A stretch of DNA of 64,000 nucleotides from an uncultured virus (IMG/VR IMGVR_UViG_2718217636_000001). Taxonomy: Duplodnaviria > Heunggongvirae > Uroviricota > Caudoviricetes. Both the position numbers and the translations under genes were made by a program. The notes under the pieces were generated by a model. The model was not told the DNA's origin and made no database searches. It worked only from the letters and a program-made list of their open reading frames with translations. This document shows, piece by piece, positions 44,944 to 53,810 of this stretch. How positions within the stretch are numbered: the first letter of the stretch is position 1; each line of letters begins with the position of its first letter. The stretch is taken from the IMG/VR virus record IMGVR_UViG_2718217636_000001, one strand, 5' to 3'.

Positions 44944-45666
44944 TCAGATCTCCTGAGTCTGGGTGTCGCTCTGGGTTGGGTTGGTAGTGGGGTCCGGCAA
45001 GCGCTTTTGCTTGCGTGAATGACGGGCCGCCCGCCGGACAAGCCAGATGCCCGTTCCGGCTGCTGCCACGGTCACGATTGCCGTGATCAGCATGGGGAGG
45101 GGGATCGGGTCATCCCCGCCCACGGGGGCCGCGTTGGGGGTGGCGGGTGCGGGGGTGTCGGGCACGCACGCCACGCCCGGAATCGGGGGGGTGGCGCACG
45201 CTGCTACCGGCATCTGTACGCCCGTGTTGGCCGCCGCCGTGGTGGGCGCGCTACCCGTGATGGCGGGCAAGCCAGGTGCGGGTGTGGGGACCGCCGGGAG
45301 GGGGCCCGTGGTCACGTACGACACGGACACGGACGGGCTTGCCGTGGCGGTCGCCGTGGTGGTGGCCGTGGCGGTCGTGGTGGCCGTAGCCGTGCGGGTG
45401 GCCGTGGCCGTGACGGTCGCCGTGGTGGTGGCGGTCGCCGTGGCCGTGGTGGTGGCCGTGGCCGTGGTGGTCACGGGAACCGTGACGGTCGGGCCCGTGG
45501 TGACGGTCTCAGTCACGGTGACCTCAGGCTCAGGTGTGACGGTCGTGGGCGGGTCTCCCCCACCTACGGGGGACGCGCCCCATGCCGCCGCCACGGGGGC
45601 GAGTAGCGCGATCATGAGGACGGCACACACCAAGGTGGCCACCCCCCGCGCTTGTCTGGTGTTCAT
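44944..45666 (-). CDS. Secreted Thr/Ala/Pro-rich membrane-anchored surface protein
   Basis: Signal peptide, TATATT repeats, C-terminal TM then basic tail. Confidence 0.7.
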   Translation of the reverse strand: MNTRQARGVATLVCAVLMIALLAPVAAAWGASPVGGGDPPTTVTPEPEVTVTETVTTGPTVTVPVTTTATATTTATATATTTATVTATATRTATATTTATATTTATATASPSVSVSYVTTGPLPAVPTPAPGLPAITGSAPTTAAANTGVQMPVAACATPPIPGVACVPDTPAPATPNAAPVGGDDPIPLPMLITAIVTVAAAGTGIWLVRRAARHSRKQKRLPDPTTNPTQSDTQTQEI

Positions 45667-45892
45667 GGCTAAAGCTTATAGGTCGTTTCGCTTTCGGTAC
45701 AACCACCCTCCGGTGCGCATATGCCCAGGTGGCAGACGTTGTGGCCTGGCCTCACGCCCTTTTCCCCTCTCCTCTCCCTACCTCCTCTTGCCCGCTTTCC
45801 CTTGTAGGGCCCTGATTTGCCCGTGGAGCGTTTTTGATCATGTCCCTAGTGGTTCTGGTCGGATCCATCCCGCTAGCGCTTCAGCTTGCGTC

Positions 45893-46147
45893 TCAGCGCG
45901 TTCTAGGGGGGTCTGGGTGGGTTCCGAACGTGCGGGTCCCGTCGTGGGGGAAGACCATCAGCGACGAGGAGAGATCACCGGGGTCGTGTCCGCGGCTGCA
46001 GGTCGCGCAGTGGTCGAGGTCTCCGTCTCGGGTCCAGCCGAAGGCGGCGGATGCGGTTCCTCGTGCGTCGTTGATGCTGGTGGGTGCGGTGATGCCGCAG
46101 ACGTTGGCGCAGCCGTCGCAGGCGAGGACGATGGTGTGGATGCTCAT
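45893..46147 (-). CDS. Small Zn-finger protein
   Basis: CDGC...GW...DHCATC. Confidence 0.6.
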   Translation of the reverse strand: MSIHTIVLACDGCANVCGITAPTSINDARGTASAAFGWTRDGDLDHCATCSRGHDPGDLSSSLMVFPHDGTRTFGTHPDPPRTR

Positions 46148-46464
46148 GCCTGCTCTCCGGTGGTGGCGGGCCGACCGAGGGCGCGTTCTGCGTGGGCGCG
46201 GTGGGCGGCGTACTGCTCGGGGGTGAGTTGCTGCGTCTGGCTGCGGATCTTGATGACGGCGTCGCGGACGCGGAGCCGGCTGCTGGTGTCGTCCCTCGCG
46301 GCGAGGAGCGCTTGGAGGACGAGGTGGGCGTTCCAGGGGCAGCCGACGAGCTCGGCGAGGACTTGGTCGAGGTCCCAGTCGGCGCGCATCTCGGTGAGGA
46401 GTGCGGCGAGGGGGCCGTAGGCGTGGCGGAGGGTGGGCTTGTCGTCGTGCTTGGCGTGGGCCAT
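46144..46464 (-). CDS. Hypothetical protein downstream of origin
   Basis: AGGAAGGA RBS, LTEMRADWD. Confidence 0.55.
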   Translation of the reverse strand: MAHAKHDDKPTLRHAYGPLAALLTEMRADWDLDQVLAELVGCPWNAHLVLQALLAARDDTSSRLRVRDAVIKIRSQTQQLTPEQYAAHRAHAERALGRPATTGEQA

Positions 46465-46614
46465 GGGGGTCCTTCCTGTGTGCGTTATTGCTTGCGTGAG
46501 CTGTCGTGTTCCTGGGTGCGTGATCTTGTCCCCTTCCACGTTCATGTGTACGGCGGGATCCATATATGGACATAGTGAAGGGATAGCTAGTAGGGATAGG
46601 GGCCCCCGCTAGAA

Positions 46615-46764
46615 CGTGACCTAACTCGCGGTTAGGTCACGGTCTGAGCGTGACCTACGGGCCACGCTCAGACGTGACCTAACTCCCCCCGATTCCATGA
46701 TCGTTTAGGAGTTATCCACAGGCTCTTCCCGAGGGGTTTGGCCACGGTCAGAGCGTGACCTAAC
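46615..46764. repeat. Putative replication origin: CGTGACCTA(AC) iterons plus DnaA box
   Basis: Direct copies near 46615, 46649, 46673, 46754; inverted copy 46631-46641; TTATCCACA at 46712-46720. Confidence 0.75.
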
Positions 46765-47145
46765 CGGCGCCGGGGGCAGCTCCACCGACGCCGGCAACAG
46801 CGGCAGGTGGTAGTCCACCGCGTGCCCCCGACGAGCGAACACCGGCCTGCCGAGCTTGTCCGTGTCGATCTGTATCCGCACCTCGACCCCGCGAGCCGCG
46901 AGCCGCTTCAACGCGTCGCCCAGACCCCGCTCGCCGAGCCCCGTCCGCATCTGCAACGTCTCCGTCAACGTGATCTTCGTGCCGTCGTCCCTGCGGTCCC
47001 CGCGATGCCACAGCATCCGCCGCGACCCCTTGTGCGCCCGCTCCGCAATGATCATCAGCACCAACCGGTCCGACGCAGGCATCCCCTGAGCAGCCGGAGA
47101 GCCCAGCCACGCGGACACCTCCCCGACCAGGCTTTCCGCCACCAC
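46705..47145 (-). CDS. Replication initiator-like wHTH protein (possibly truncated)
   Basis: DRLVLMIIAERA...TGLGERGLGDALKRL; 3' end overlaps iterons and DnaA box. Confidence 0.6.
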   Translation of the reverse strand: MVAESLVGEVSAWLGSPAAQGMPASDRLVLMIIAERAHKGSRRMLWHRGDRRDDGTKITLTETLQMRTGLGERGLGDALKRLAARGVEVRIQIDTDKLGRPVFARRGHAVDYHLPLLPASVELPPAPVRSRSDRGQTPREEPVDNS

Positions 47146-47254
47146 TCCCCCTGTCGCGCATCATCGTCCTTGAGGGAAGGGCGGTCATATCAGCAGGTCC
47201 ACACCATAAGGCCAGCGGTTTCGCTGGCATCGACCATCTGTCACGTCAATCCTC

Positions 47255-47803
47255 CTAACTCCGTCCCGGCTTCGGCGGGCGCCCCGTCACGTCGTACAGC
47301 TGCCGCTGGCTCGGGTCCGACAGCACGGCGTACGCCTCCGTCACCTTCTTGAAGCGCTCCTCCGCCTCCTTGCTCGGGTTGATGTCCGGGTGCAGCTGCC
47401 GGGCCAGCCGCCGGTACGCCTTCTTGATGTCGTCCTGGCTCGCGGCCCGCTCGACCCCGAGCACCCCGTACAGGTCCAGCACGGGAGTCGCCGGCCGCTG
47501 CACCCGACCACCACCGCCACCCCCAGGAGGAGGAGGCGTCGCCCTCCTCGGCCGCGGCTTGCACGTCGCGACGTGCGGCATCATCAGCTTCTCGTGCGGC
47601 GCGCGAGGCCTCTGCGTGGTGACGCGACGCGACCGCAGAACCCCGGTCACGTCGCGCCACACCGCCGTGTTGCCCGCCGGATGCGGCTCCGGGTCGACGG
47701 CGAACGGCAACCCGGACTCCGTCTTCGTCCACCGCACCGGCTTGCCACACCCGGGCCGGCCTCCCCGGCCCAGGCACGGCTTCAGGTCAGCCCTCGAAAA
47801 CAC
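47255..47803 (-). CDS. Zn-binding domain fused to DnaJ J-domain
   Basis: DLYGVLGV...[15 protein letters not shown]...[14 protein letters not shown]. Confidence 0.85.
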   Translation of the reverse strand: MFSRADLKPCLGRGGRPGCGKPVRWTKTESGLPFAVDPEPHPAGNTAVWRDVTGVLRSRRVTTQRPRAPHEKLMMPHVATCKPRPRRATPPPPGGGGGGRVQRPATPVLDLYGVLGVERAASQDDIKKAYRRLARQLHPDINPSKEAEERFKKVTEAYAVLSDPSQRQLYDVTGRPPKPGRS

Positions 47804-48104
47804 GCCGCTCCCCCAGCGTTGTGATCTCGGCGAGCACCTCCAGGCGGCACGAGTGCGGCTTCTCCACCAGGAAGCACAGGGGGCAGCGAATCTCACCGTG
47901 CGCCACGTCCTCCACGTGGTACTGGCACAGCGGGGTCTCGCCCGCGTGCTCGTGGACGCAGCCCAGCAGCAGCACGATCACCACTTCGTGGCGGCACTGC
48001 GCGCCGTTGTCCATGATGATGCACCTGCGCACCTCCGGCTCCCCGGCGTCGAGCAGCTGCGCCACCTCCTGGTCGAAGCCGACCTCCTCCAGCACACTGG
48101 TCAC
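47787..48104 (-). CDS. Cys/His-rich hypothetical protein
   Basis: Multiple CxxH/CxxC. Confidence 0.5.
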   Translation of the reverse strand: MTSVLEEVGFDQEVAQLLDAGEPEVRRCIIMDNGAQCRHEVVIVLLLGCVHEHAGETPLCQYHVEDVAHGEIRCPLCFLVEKPHSCRLEVLAEITTLGERRVFEG

Positions 48105-48520
48105 CGCTGCCCCTCCTCTCGGTGGTCCTGCAGCTGCTCGGCGAGCAGCACCCCGTGGCAGCCGTTGCACAGGCACAGCACGACGACGATCGGGCCCATC
48201 GTCACGGCGCTCACGGTCGTATCGCCGACCTGGCCGCACCGGTTGCACGCCGACCACGCGTCTTCCGAGAACCACGAGGTGAAGCACGGCAGGCACCTCA
48301 TCACGCCCATCTGCGACAGCGAACCGAACGTCGGCCGAGGCGATCCCAGGTGTTCGCACCTGCGCGGGTCGCCCAGGTAGGCCCTCAGGAAGTCGTCCGC
48401 CACCTGCTCGATCCACCCGCTCGGGCTGTTCACCGTGCCCTCGCGGAACACGCCAGCGGCGAAACGGCCCGCCTCCGCAGCCGCGGCGTCGATCTGGTCC
48501 TGCAACGGATCCATGTTCAT
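48101..48520 (-). CDS. Zn-finger hypothetical protein
   Basis: CEH, CLPC, CNRC, CNGC. Confidence 0.55.
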   Translation of the reverse strand: MNMDPLQDQIDAAAAEAGRFAAGVFREGTVNSPSGWIEQVADDFLRAYLGDPRRCEHLGSPRPTFGSLSQMGVMRCLPCFTSWFSEDAWSACNRCGQVGDTTVSAVTMGPIVVVLCLCNGCHGVLLAEQLQDHREEGQR

Positions 48521-49068
48521 ACTGCTTCCTCCTCGATCACTTCCAGGCCCCGCCACCGCGCGTACGCGGCGGTGCCGGCCGCGCCGCGCGACTCCGGGTG
48601 AAGGTGTGCCAACATTCCTCGCCTGCCAGCCGCGAGCAGGGTCCGCTCGACGATCGCGCCGTTGCGGTAGTGGCCGGCCGCCTTGTCCAACTCGGGAAGG
48701 TGTCACGGCGCGGGCAGGCACTCCACGGTCACGCCCGGCGTGCCGATGGCCCAGTCGTAGGCGTGCATGTCGCCGCCGCTCGGGCGGCGCTTGTCCGGGT
48801 CGAACCCGACGATGAGCCGCAACGCGCCGACGTCGTCGCGGATGCGCGCCAGGTCGGCCTGCACCTTCTCCCGGCGCGCGCCCCGCCACCCGGTGTAGCC
48901 CAGGGTGAACGGCTCGGGGTCGGACCAGGCCGTCAGGTCCGCGTGGAAGTGACGTACGGCGCGCTCGGCCATCTCTGGCGACACCCCTTCCTGCTGCAGA
49001 TGCCGGTAGAGGTTGCGGGCCAGAGCCTGCCCATGGTCGGAGCTGATTCTCGGCCTCGGGGTCGTCAT
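48517..49068 (-). pseudogene. YspA/DUF2493-like SLOG protein interrupted by an in-frame TGA (48703-48705)
   Basis: ...ECLPAP*HLPELDKAAGHYRN...SRGAAGTAAYA continues in frame to a stop overlapping the next ATG. Confidence 0.7.
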
Positions 49069-49388
49069 CCGCCGCCGCCCTTCCCGCCCCTGCCGAACCC
49101 TCCGCGCTGGACGACGGTTCCCTTCCTGGTGACGATCCGGGCGTCCTTCGGCCGCACCGTGGTGCCGCCCCGCACAACCGTGCTGGACCGGCCGCCGCCG
49201 TACACGTACACGTACGCGCCGTGGGAGTCGCCGCTGCAGCGGTGCTCGTCGACCACCAGGTAGCTGCCGTCCGGTTGCGGCTTGGCGAGCACGCAGTCAG
49301 CTGTCACCTCGTCGCCCGAGCAGGCGGTGGTGACAAGAGCCGAGATAGCGACGACCGCGCCGACCTGGACCACACGTGATCTCTTCAC
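49065..49388 (-). CDS. Lipoprotein
   Basis: Lipobox-like VTTAC, C-terminal RGGFG. Confidence 0.65.
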   Translation of the reverse strand: MKRSRVVQVGAVVAISALVTTACSGDEVTADCVLAKPQPDGSYLVVDEHRCSGDSHGAYVYVYGGGRSSTVVRGGTTVRPKDARIVTRKGTVVQRGGFGRGGKGGGG

Positions 49389-49915
49389 TTCTCACCGCCG
49401 AGCTGGGCGTGGATCCGCTCAATGAGCGCCAGGTCCTCAGCGGGAGTGATCCAGAGGTTCTCGACGTGGCAGCGCGCGAGCTGCACGAGGCTGCGCAGGT
49501 CCTCGGCCGACACCTGCACCTGGTCGACGCTGCCCGGCGGCGTGGTCGCCGCGGCGTCGGCTGGCAGCAGCTCGGCGAGCGCGAGCGGCCACGACGTGAA
49601 CTGCACCGCCCGGTCGTCGAGGTAGGCCAGCGCGGGGAGTTTCCTCCGCGTCACCAGCAGCGCACCTCGCTCCGTCCAGAACTGCGTCGGGTCGCCGGGG
49701 TACTCAACCTGCACGTCGAATCCGCGCTGCACGAGCCACGGAGCGACGTCCTGCGGCGACCGGGACGTGTGGATGAACACCGCGTAGTGCTGCATCAGCG
49801 TGCGGAGCCCGTCGAGCGCGCCAGGCACCGGCTCGTCGTAGATCGTGCCGTCGAACCATCCCCGGCTGTAGCGGTGAATCACTCCGTCGAAGTCGACCGC
49901 GATGGTCCTGTTCAT
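49385..49915 (-). CDS. HAD-superfamily phosphatase/nucleotidase
   Basis: VDFDGVI, HTSR, YLDDRA. Confidence 0.8.
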   Translation of the reverse strand: MNRTIAVDFDGVIHRYSRGWFDGTIYDEPVPGALDGLRTLMQHYAVFIHTSRSPQDVAPWLVQRGFDVQVEYPGDPTQFWTERGALLVTRRKLPALAYLDDRAVQFTSWPLALAELLPADAAATTPPGSVDQVQVSAEDLRSLVQLARCHVENLWITPAEDLALIERIHAQLGGEK

Positions 49916-50181
49916 GACGCCTCCCACGACACGGCCTCGTCCACGATGACCAGGGTCGGCCGGACCCCCTGGAAGCTGGTGTTGTTCTTGGCGGCGGTGT
50001 GCGGGCCGAAGTGCCAGTAGGTGTCGCAGGGGAAGGCCCGCATGTTCCGGCCCGGGTGGAGCTGCCGGGCCGCGGCCTTGGCCCGCTTCTTGGTGGCGTA
50101 GCGGACGCGGCCGCACTCCTTGCAGTAGCCGAAGTGCCGGTCGGCCTCGATCGGCGTGAGCGCCTGACGTCTCCCCCTCAT
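49912..50181 (-). CDS. Small Zn-binding protein
   Basis: CKECG...FPC...WH. Confidence 0.55.
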   Translation of the reverse strand: MRGRRQALTPIEADRHFGYCKECGRVRYATKKRAKAAARQLHPGRNMRAFPCDTYWHFGPHTAAKNNTSFQGVRPTLVIVDEAVSWEAS

Positions 50182-51074
50182 CTGGCTTCCTTTCCCGCCA
50201 GCGATTCCGCTTGCGTGTTTGTGTGCCGGTAGAGGCTGCGCTCCAGCGCGTCGAGGGTCACGCCGAGACGCTCCGCGACCAGCTGCCGCCCGTTCTCCTC
50301 CCGCAGCGACCACCCCTGCTGCTGGGAGATCCACAGGGCGTCCTCGACGAGGGCGCTCCCATTCCTGGCCGGGGTGTAGCCGTCGAGCGTGCCGCGCTTT
50401 CTTCGCTGTTTGTCGCACGCTTCGCACAGGGCACGGCCTGGCTTCACCGGCCGGCTGCACGCGGCGAACTCGCACAGCACCGCTGACCAGTCCGGCAGTG
50501 CGTCGGGGTCGTCGATGTTGACGGTCTCCCACGCGGCTGGCGGCGCCCACCGGTTGCGCTGGGCTCGCTCCTTGGCCCGCTTGGAGGCGGTAGTGGGGGG
50601 CGGCGCCTGCTGCTGCAGGTCCACGTAGACGGCGGCGATCTCGTGGGCGAGGCTCGCTGTGATCCGTTGCCCCTTCAGGACGCGGGTGATGTTGGCCCAG
50701 GCGTCGCCTCGCCTCGCCGCGACCTGCCTGCCGACTTCTTCGCCAGTCCAGCCCGCCGTGGCGAGCGCCTGGACGCGCCGCCGGGACCCGGTCGAGTCCA
50801 GCAGGAGGGCCCCGTTGATGGGGGCCACCGCGAGGATCTTCCGTTCGGTGGCCGGCAGGACGGTTGCGCGTGCACCGTGCAGGATCTTCCAGATGGAGGT
50901 GTAGTCCATGGACGCTGCCTCGGCGATCTCGTGGATGCTCATGGTGCGGCGCAGCAGCTGGAGATGCCGGATCACGGGGGCGATGTCTCGACGCGTCTTG
51001 ATGCCGAGCCGGTGCGCCTTCCGCTGCCGGGTGCTCGCCTTCACGCGGCGAGCCTGGTCAACTGCCATCGCCAC
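50178..51074 (-). CDS. Multi-HTH regulator with Zn ribbon
   Basis: IHEIAEAASM...TERKILAV; RRRVQALATAGW; WAPPAAW. Confidence 0.7.
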   Translation of the reverse strand: MAMAVDQARRVKASTRQRKAHRLGIKTRRDIAPVIRHLQLLRRTMSIHEIAEAASMDYTSIWKILHGARATVLPATERKILAVAPINGALLLDSTGSRRRVQALATAGWTGEEVGRQVAARRGDAWANITRVLKGQRITASLAHEIAAVYVDLQQQAPPPTTASKRAKERAQRNRWAPPAAWETVNIDDPDALPDWSAVLCEFAACSRPVKPGRALCEACDKQRRKRGTLDGYTPARNGSALVEDALWISQQQGWSLREENGRQLVAERLGVTLDALERSLYRHTNTQAESLAGKEAR

Positions 51075-51423
51075 CGCCCCCCACGGTGGTCCGGGTGTCG
51101 ATGTCCTCGACCCACGCCGTGATGACCGCGGCCGACTGGATCAGGCCCGCGCGCAGGCTGGCCAGCTCGTCAGCGGCGAGCGCGCCGTACACCTGCTCCA
51201 GCAGGATCGACGGCCACGACTTCAGCTCGGGGTCGGCGTTGATCTGCCGTTCGGCCTGGGCGAGCAGCTGCAGGTACTGGAATTCCTCCCGGCTGTAGGT
51301 GGCGTGGTCGGGGTACTGCTGCTGGCCGTGCTCGCGGTGCTGGCGTTCCCGTACGGCCAGGACTTCGCGCACGATGGAGGCCCGCACGCGGGCGTTGGCG
51401 AGCCAGTCGCCCGGCTTCACCAT
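51058..51423 (-). CDS. MazG-like NTP pyrophosphohydrolase fold protein
   Basis: ERQHREHGQQ, WPSILLEQVYGA, LIQSAAVITAW. Confidence 0.6.
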   Translation of the reverse strand: MVKPGDWLANARVRASIVREVLAVRERQHREHGQQQYPDHATYSREEFQYLQLLAQAERQINADPELKSWPSILLEQVYGALAADELASLRAGLIQSAAVITAWVEDIDTRTTVGGGGDGS

Positions 51424-51650
51424 CACATGCCTCCGGTGGACGCGATCGCCAGGCCGAGCACCATCGCGCGGGCGCTGGCCAGGTCCGCCGCCGTCACTCC
51501 GTGGCCCTCGACGACCGTGGCCTTGTCGCCGCACTCCACGTAGTGGCGGGGCAGTTGCGTCGGCTTCTTCTTCTGCCGGACGACGCGCTTGCCGTCGATC
51601 CGGCGGGCCCGCTTCTTCTTGCGGTTGCTCGGGGGGTTCTGCTCATCCAT
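51423..51650 (-). CDS. Basic hypothetical protein
   Basis: Overlaps downstream gene. Confidence 0.45.
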   Translation of the reverse strand: MDEQNPPSNRKKKRARRIDGKRVVRQKKKPTQLPRHYVECGDKATVVEGHGVTAADLASARAMVLGLAIASTGGM

Positions 51651-51703
51651 GGAGTCGCTCACGTGCTTGTTTCCTTCCGTTGGTGGGGTGGGTTTCTGCG
51701 ACG

Positions 51704-51955
51704 TCACTCGTCGCCGGTGCGCTCGAACCGGGCGCGGTGGGCGAGGAACTCCGCCCTCTGCCGCTGCCAGCGCTGGACCGCCCGCCTGCGCTGCAGTTCC
51801 TCGGCGAAGCCGTCGACGACGACCATCACGACGAACGCGACGCCGATCGCGCCGATGGGGATGAGCACGTAGCCGACCGGCGCCCACGCGAACGCCAGCG
51901 CCGACAGCGCGGCCGTGAGGGCGGCCCACACGACCAGGACAGCAAGGGGTCTCAC
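51704..51955 (-). CDS. Small membrane protein
   Basis: Two TM helices, AGGAG RBS. Confidence 0.6.
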   Translation of the reverse strand: MRPLAVLVVWAALTAALSALAFAWAPVGYVLIPIGAIGVAFVVMVVVDGFAEELQRRRAVQRWQRQRAEFLAHRARFERTGDE

Positions 51956-51982
51956 AGCTGTTTCTCCTCTCGATACGGAACA

Positions 51983-52024
51983 GGGGTGTGCTGGTCACGG
52001 CCCCTGCCGTGACCAGCACACCCC
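51983..52024. terminator. Perfect 19-bp hairpin in early operon
   Basis: GGGGTGTGCTGGTCACGGC-CCCT-GCCGTGACCAGCACACCCC. Confidence 0.6.
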
Positions 52025-52039
52025 CTCACGGACAGCCTG

Positions 52040-52186
52040 CTAGGCGCTGGCCTGCAGATATCCGGGTGGCGGGGTGTCCCGCTGGGTGACGCGGTCGTCG
52101 TCGGCCTGGCTCAAGACCCAGGCGAGGATGGCGAAGGCCGCGAGGGCGAGCAGCACGCCGATGGCGACGAAAAACAGCGGCTTCAC
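52040..52186 (-). CDS. Small membrane protein
   Basis: LFFVAIGVLLALAAFAILAWVL; GTGA overlap. Confidence 0.5.
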   Translation of the reverse strand: MKPLFFVAIGVLLALAAFAILAWVLSQADDDRVTQRDTPPPGYLQASA

Positions 52187-52491
52187 CGTGCAGCGCTTTC
52201 GGCGCCGGTGCCGGCCGCGACCCCCGCTTCGGCGTCGAGGCCGATCACTTGGGCGTACGTCCACGCGCCGACCAGCGTCGAAGATGCCAGGTCGCCGCAG
52301 CGGTCGCACCGCTTGAGCACAGCGGTCTGTTCTGGCAGGAACGGACCGTGCCTCACCGTGCACACCGCGACCGGCGACCACCGGCACCGGTGGTTGCGCT
52401 GCGAGCTGGACAGGTAGCTGGCCACGATCAGCCCGCTAAGGACGGCGACCACGCCGCCGACGACGAACGCGGCGTCCGGGATCCCGATCAC
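52183..52491 (-). CDS. Membrane-anchored Zn-ribbon protein
   Basis: N-terminal TM, HRCRW, CDRCG. Confidence 0.55.
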   Translation of the reverse strand: MIGIPDAAFVVGGVVAVLSGLIVASYLSSSQRNHRCRWSPVAVCTVRHGPFLPEQTAVLKRCDRCGDLASSTLVGAWTYAQVIGLDAEAGVAAGTGAESAAR

Positions 52492-52766
52492 TGGTCACCT
52501 CCCACCCCGGCGAGGGCGAGAGCGGCGGGGCCGCCCTCCTGGTCTCCCAGGAGGGCGGCCACCACCTCAACCGTCAGGTGGGCGCGGAGGGGCTCCAGCG
52601 CCTGCTGCAAGGCGGTGATGGTCGGTAGCTCGACGTCGTCCTGCCCGATCTGCCAGACGATCGTGTCGTGCCGGTCGCGGCCGTACGCGGTGAACGTGCG
52701 CCGCTCGGGGTTCCAGGCTGCATGGACTCGCAGCCCGGCCCACCCTCGGAACGTGCGGTACTGCAT
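52488..52766 (-). CDS. Hypothetical protein
   Basis: Coupled to HU gene. Confidence 0.5.
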   Translation of the reverse strand: MQYRTFRGWAGLRVHAAWNPERRTFTAYGRDRHDTIVWQIGQDDVELPTITALQQALEPLRAHLTVEVVAALLGDQEGGPAALALAGVGGDQ

Positions 52767-53083
52767 CAGTTCGCTTCCGCCCGCTTCTCCGCGACGAGGC
52801 CGAGGAAGCCCGACCCCGGCGTGAACTTGGGCTTCCACGTCTCGGGGACGTTGACCTCGGAGCCGTTTCGGGGGTTCCGCGCCGTGCGGGCGGGCCGCAG
52901 GACGGCCTCGAACCGGCCGAAGCTCATGAACACGACCTTCTTGCCCTCGGCCACCTTCTCCTCGATGGCGTACAGGGTCGCCGTGACGGCCTTCTTCGCG
53001 GTCTTCAAGTCGAGGTCGGTCGCGTTCGCGACGAGCTCGGCGATGTCGTCGAGGTTGGCGGTCTTCTTCGTGCTGATCTTCAT
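52766..53083 (-). CDS. HU-family DNA-binding protein
   Basis: FGRFE...RPARTARNPRNG...PKFTPG. Confidence 0.9.
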   Translation of the reverse strand: MKISTKKTANLDDIAELVANATDLDLKTAKKAVTATLYAIEEKVAEGKKVVFMSFGRFEAVLRPARTARNPRNGSEVNVPETWKPKFTPGSGFLGLVAEKRAEAN

Positions 53084-53118
53084 CTGTCCTTCTCTCTGCT
53101 TTCGCGGTGGTTCGAGGG

Positions 53119-53748
53119 TTAGCGGCCCGGCGCGGCCGCCGGAGGCCGCGCGGGCGGGTGGAACGCGGTCGTGCTCGACATGGGCGCGCGGGCGTCGCCG
53201 CCGTCGACCACGGGCTGCAGGTGGCGGGTCTGCTCGGGCGGGTTGAGATCGGCGATGCCGCTGCCGGAGCAGTTGGGGCAGCCGTTGCCCTGGCAGGTGG
53301 GGCAGGGTTTGGTGCTGATCGGGTGGCAGGGCGCGTCCTGCCGGTGGACCATGGACGGCGCGGCCGGCGAGCCGCACCGGCACGGCTCGTGCTTCGACGT
53401 GGGCTTGGGCGCGGGCTTCGCGGCGGGGACGGGCTGCGTGGCCGGTGCCGCTGAGGCGGGAGCGGGGGCGGGCTGGGCGGCGGGAGCGTGGTTGTGCGCG
53501 GCGGCCAGGCGGCGCTGCTCCTCTCGGTTCTCCAGCCACGCGATGCGGGCCATCAAGTCGCGGAAGGCGTGCTCGGCCGCCTCCGCGATCTTCTTGTAGA
53601 TGATGACGTCTGCCTTGAGCGCGCCCAGGTCCGTCGTGGACGTGGGCAGCCGGTAGGCGCCGATCGACAGAGCCGCCTCCTCTTCGTGCCGGATGTAGCC
53701 GATCCGGTCGGTGCTGAGGTGCTCGGACTCCACGTAGAGAGGTCGCAT
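53119..53748 (-). CDS. Hypothetical protein with coiled coil and CxxCxGxG Zn repeats
   Basis: CPTCQGNGCPNCSGSG; AAGGAG RBS. Confidence 0.6.
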   Translation of the reverse strand: MRPLYVESEHLSTDRIGYIRHEEEAALSIGAYRLPTSTTDLGALKADVIIYKKIAEAAEHAFRDLMARIAWLENREEQRRLAAAHNHAPAAQPAPAPASAAPATQPVPAAKPAPKPTSKHEPCRCGSPAAPSMVHRQDAPCHPISTKPCPTCQGNGCPNCSGSGIADLNPPEQTRHLQPVVDGGDARAPMSSTTAFHPPARPPAAAPGR

Positions 53749-53810
53749 GTCGGTCTCCTTTGAAGAGGGGTTGGGTGCCCGGCCCTGGGGGAGGGCCGGG
53801 CGGCCGAAAG

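Noticed and set aside
45340..45475. GTGGCC/GTGGTG tandem repeats as a CRISPR or VNTR element
   Set aside because: They encode the Thr/Ala tract of ORF 44944-45666; no repeat-spacer structure.
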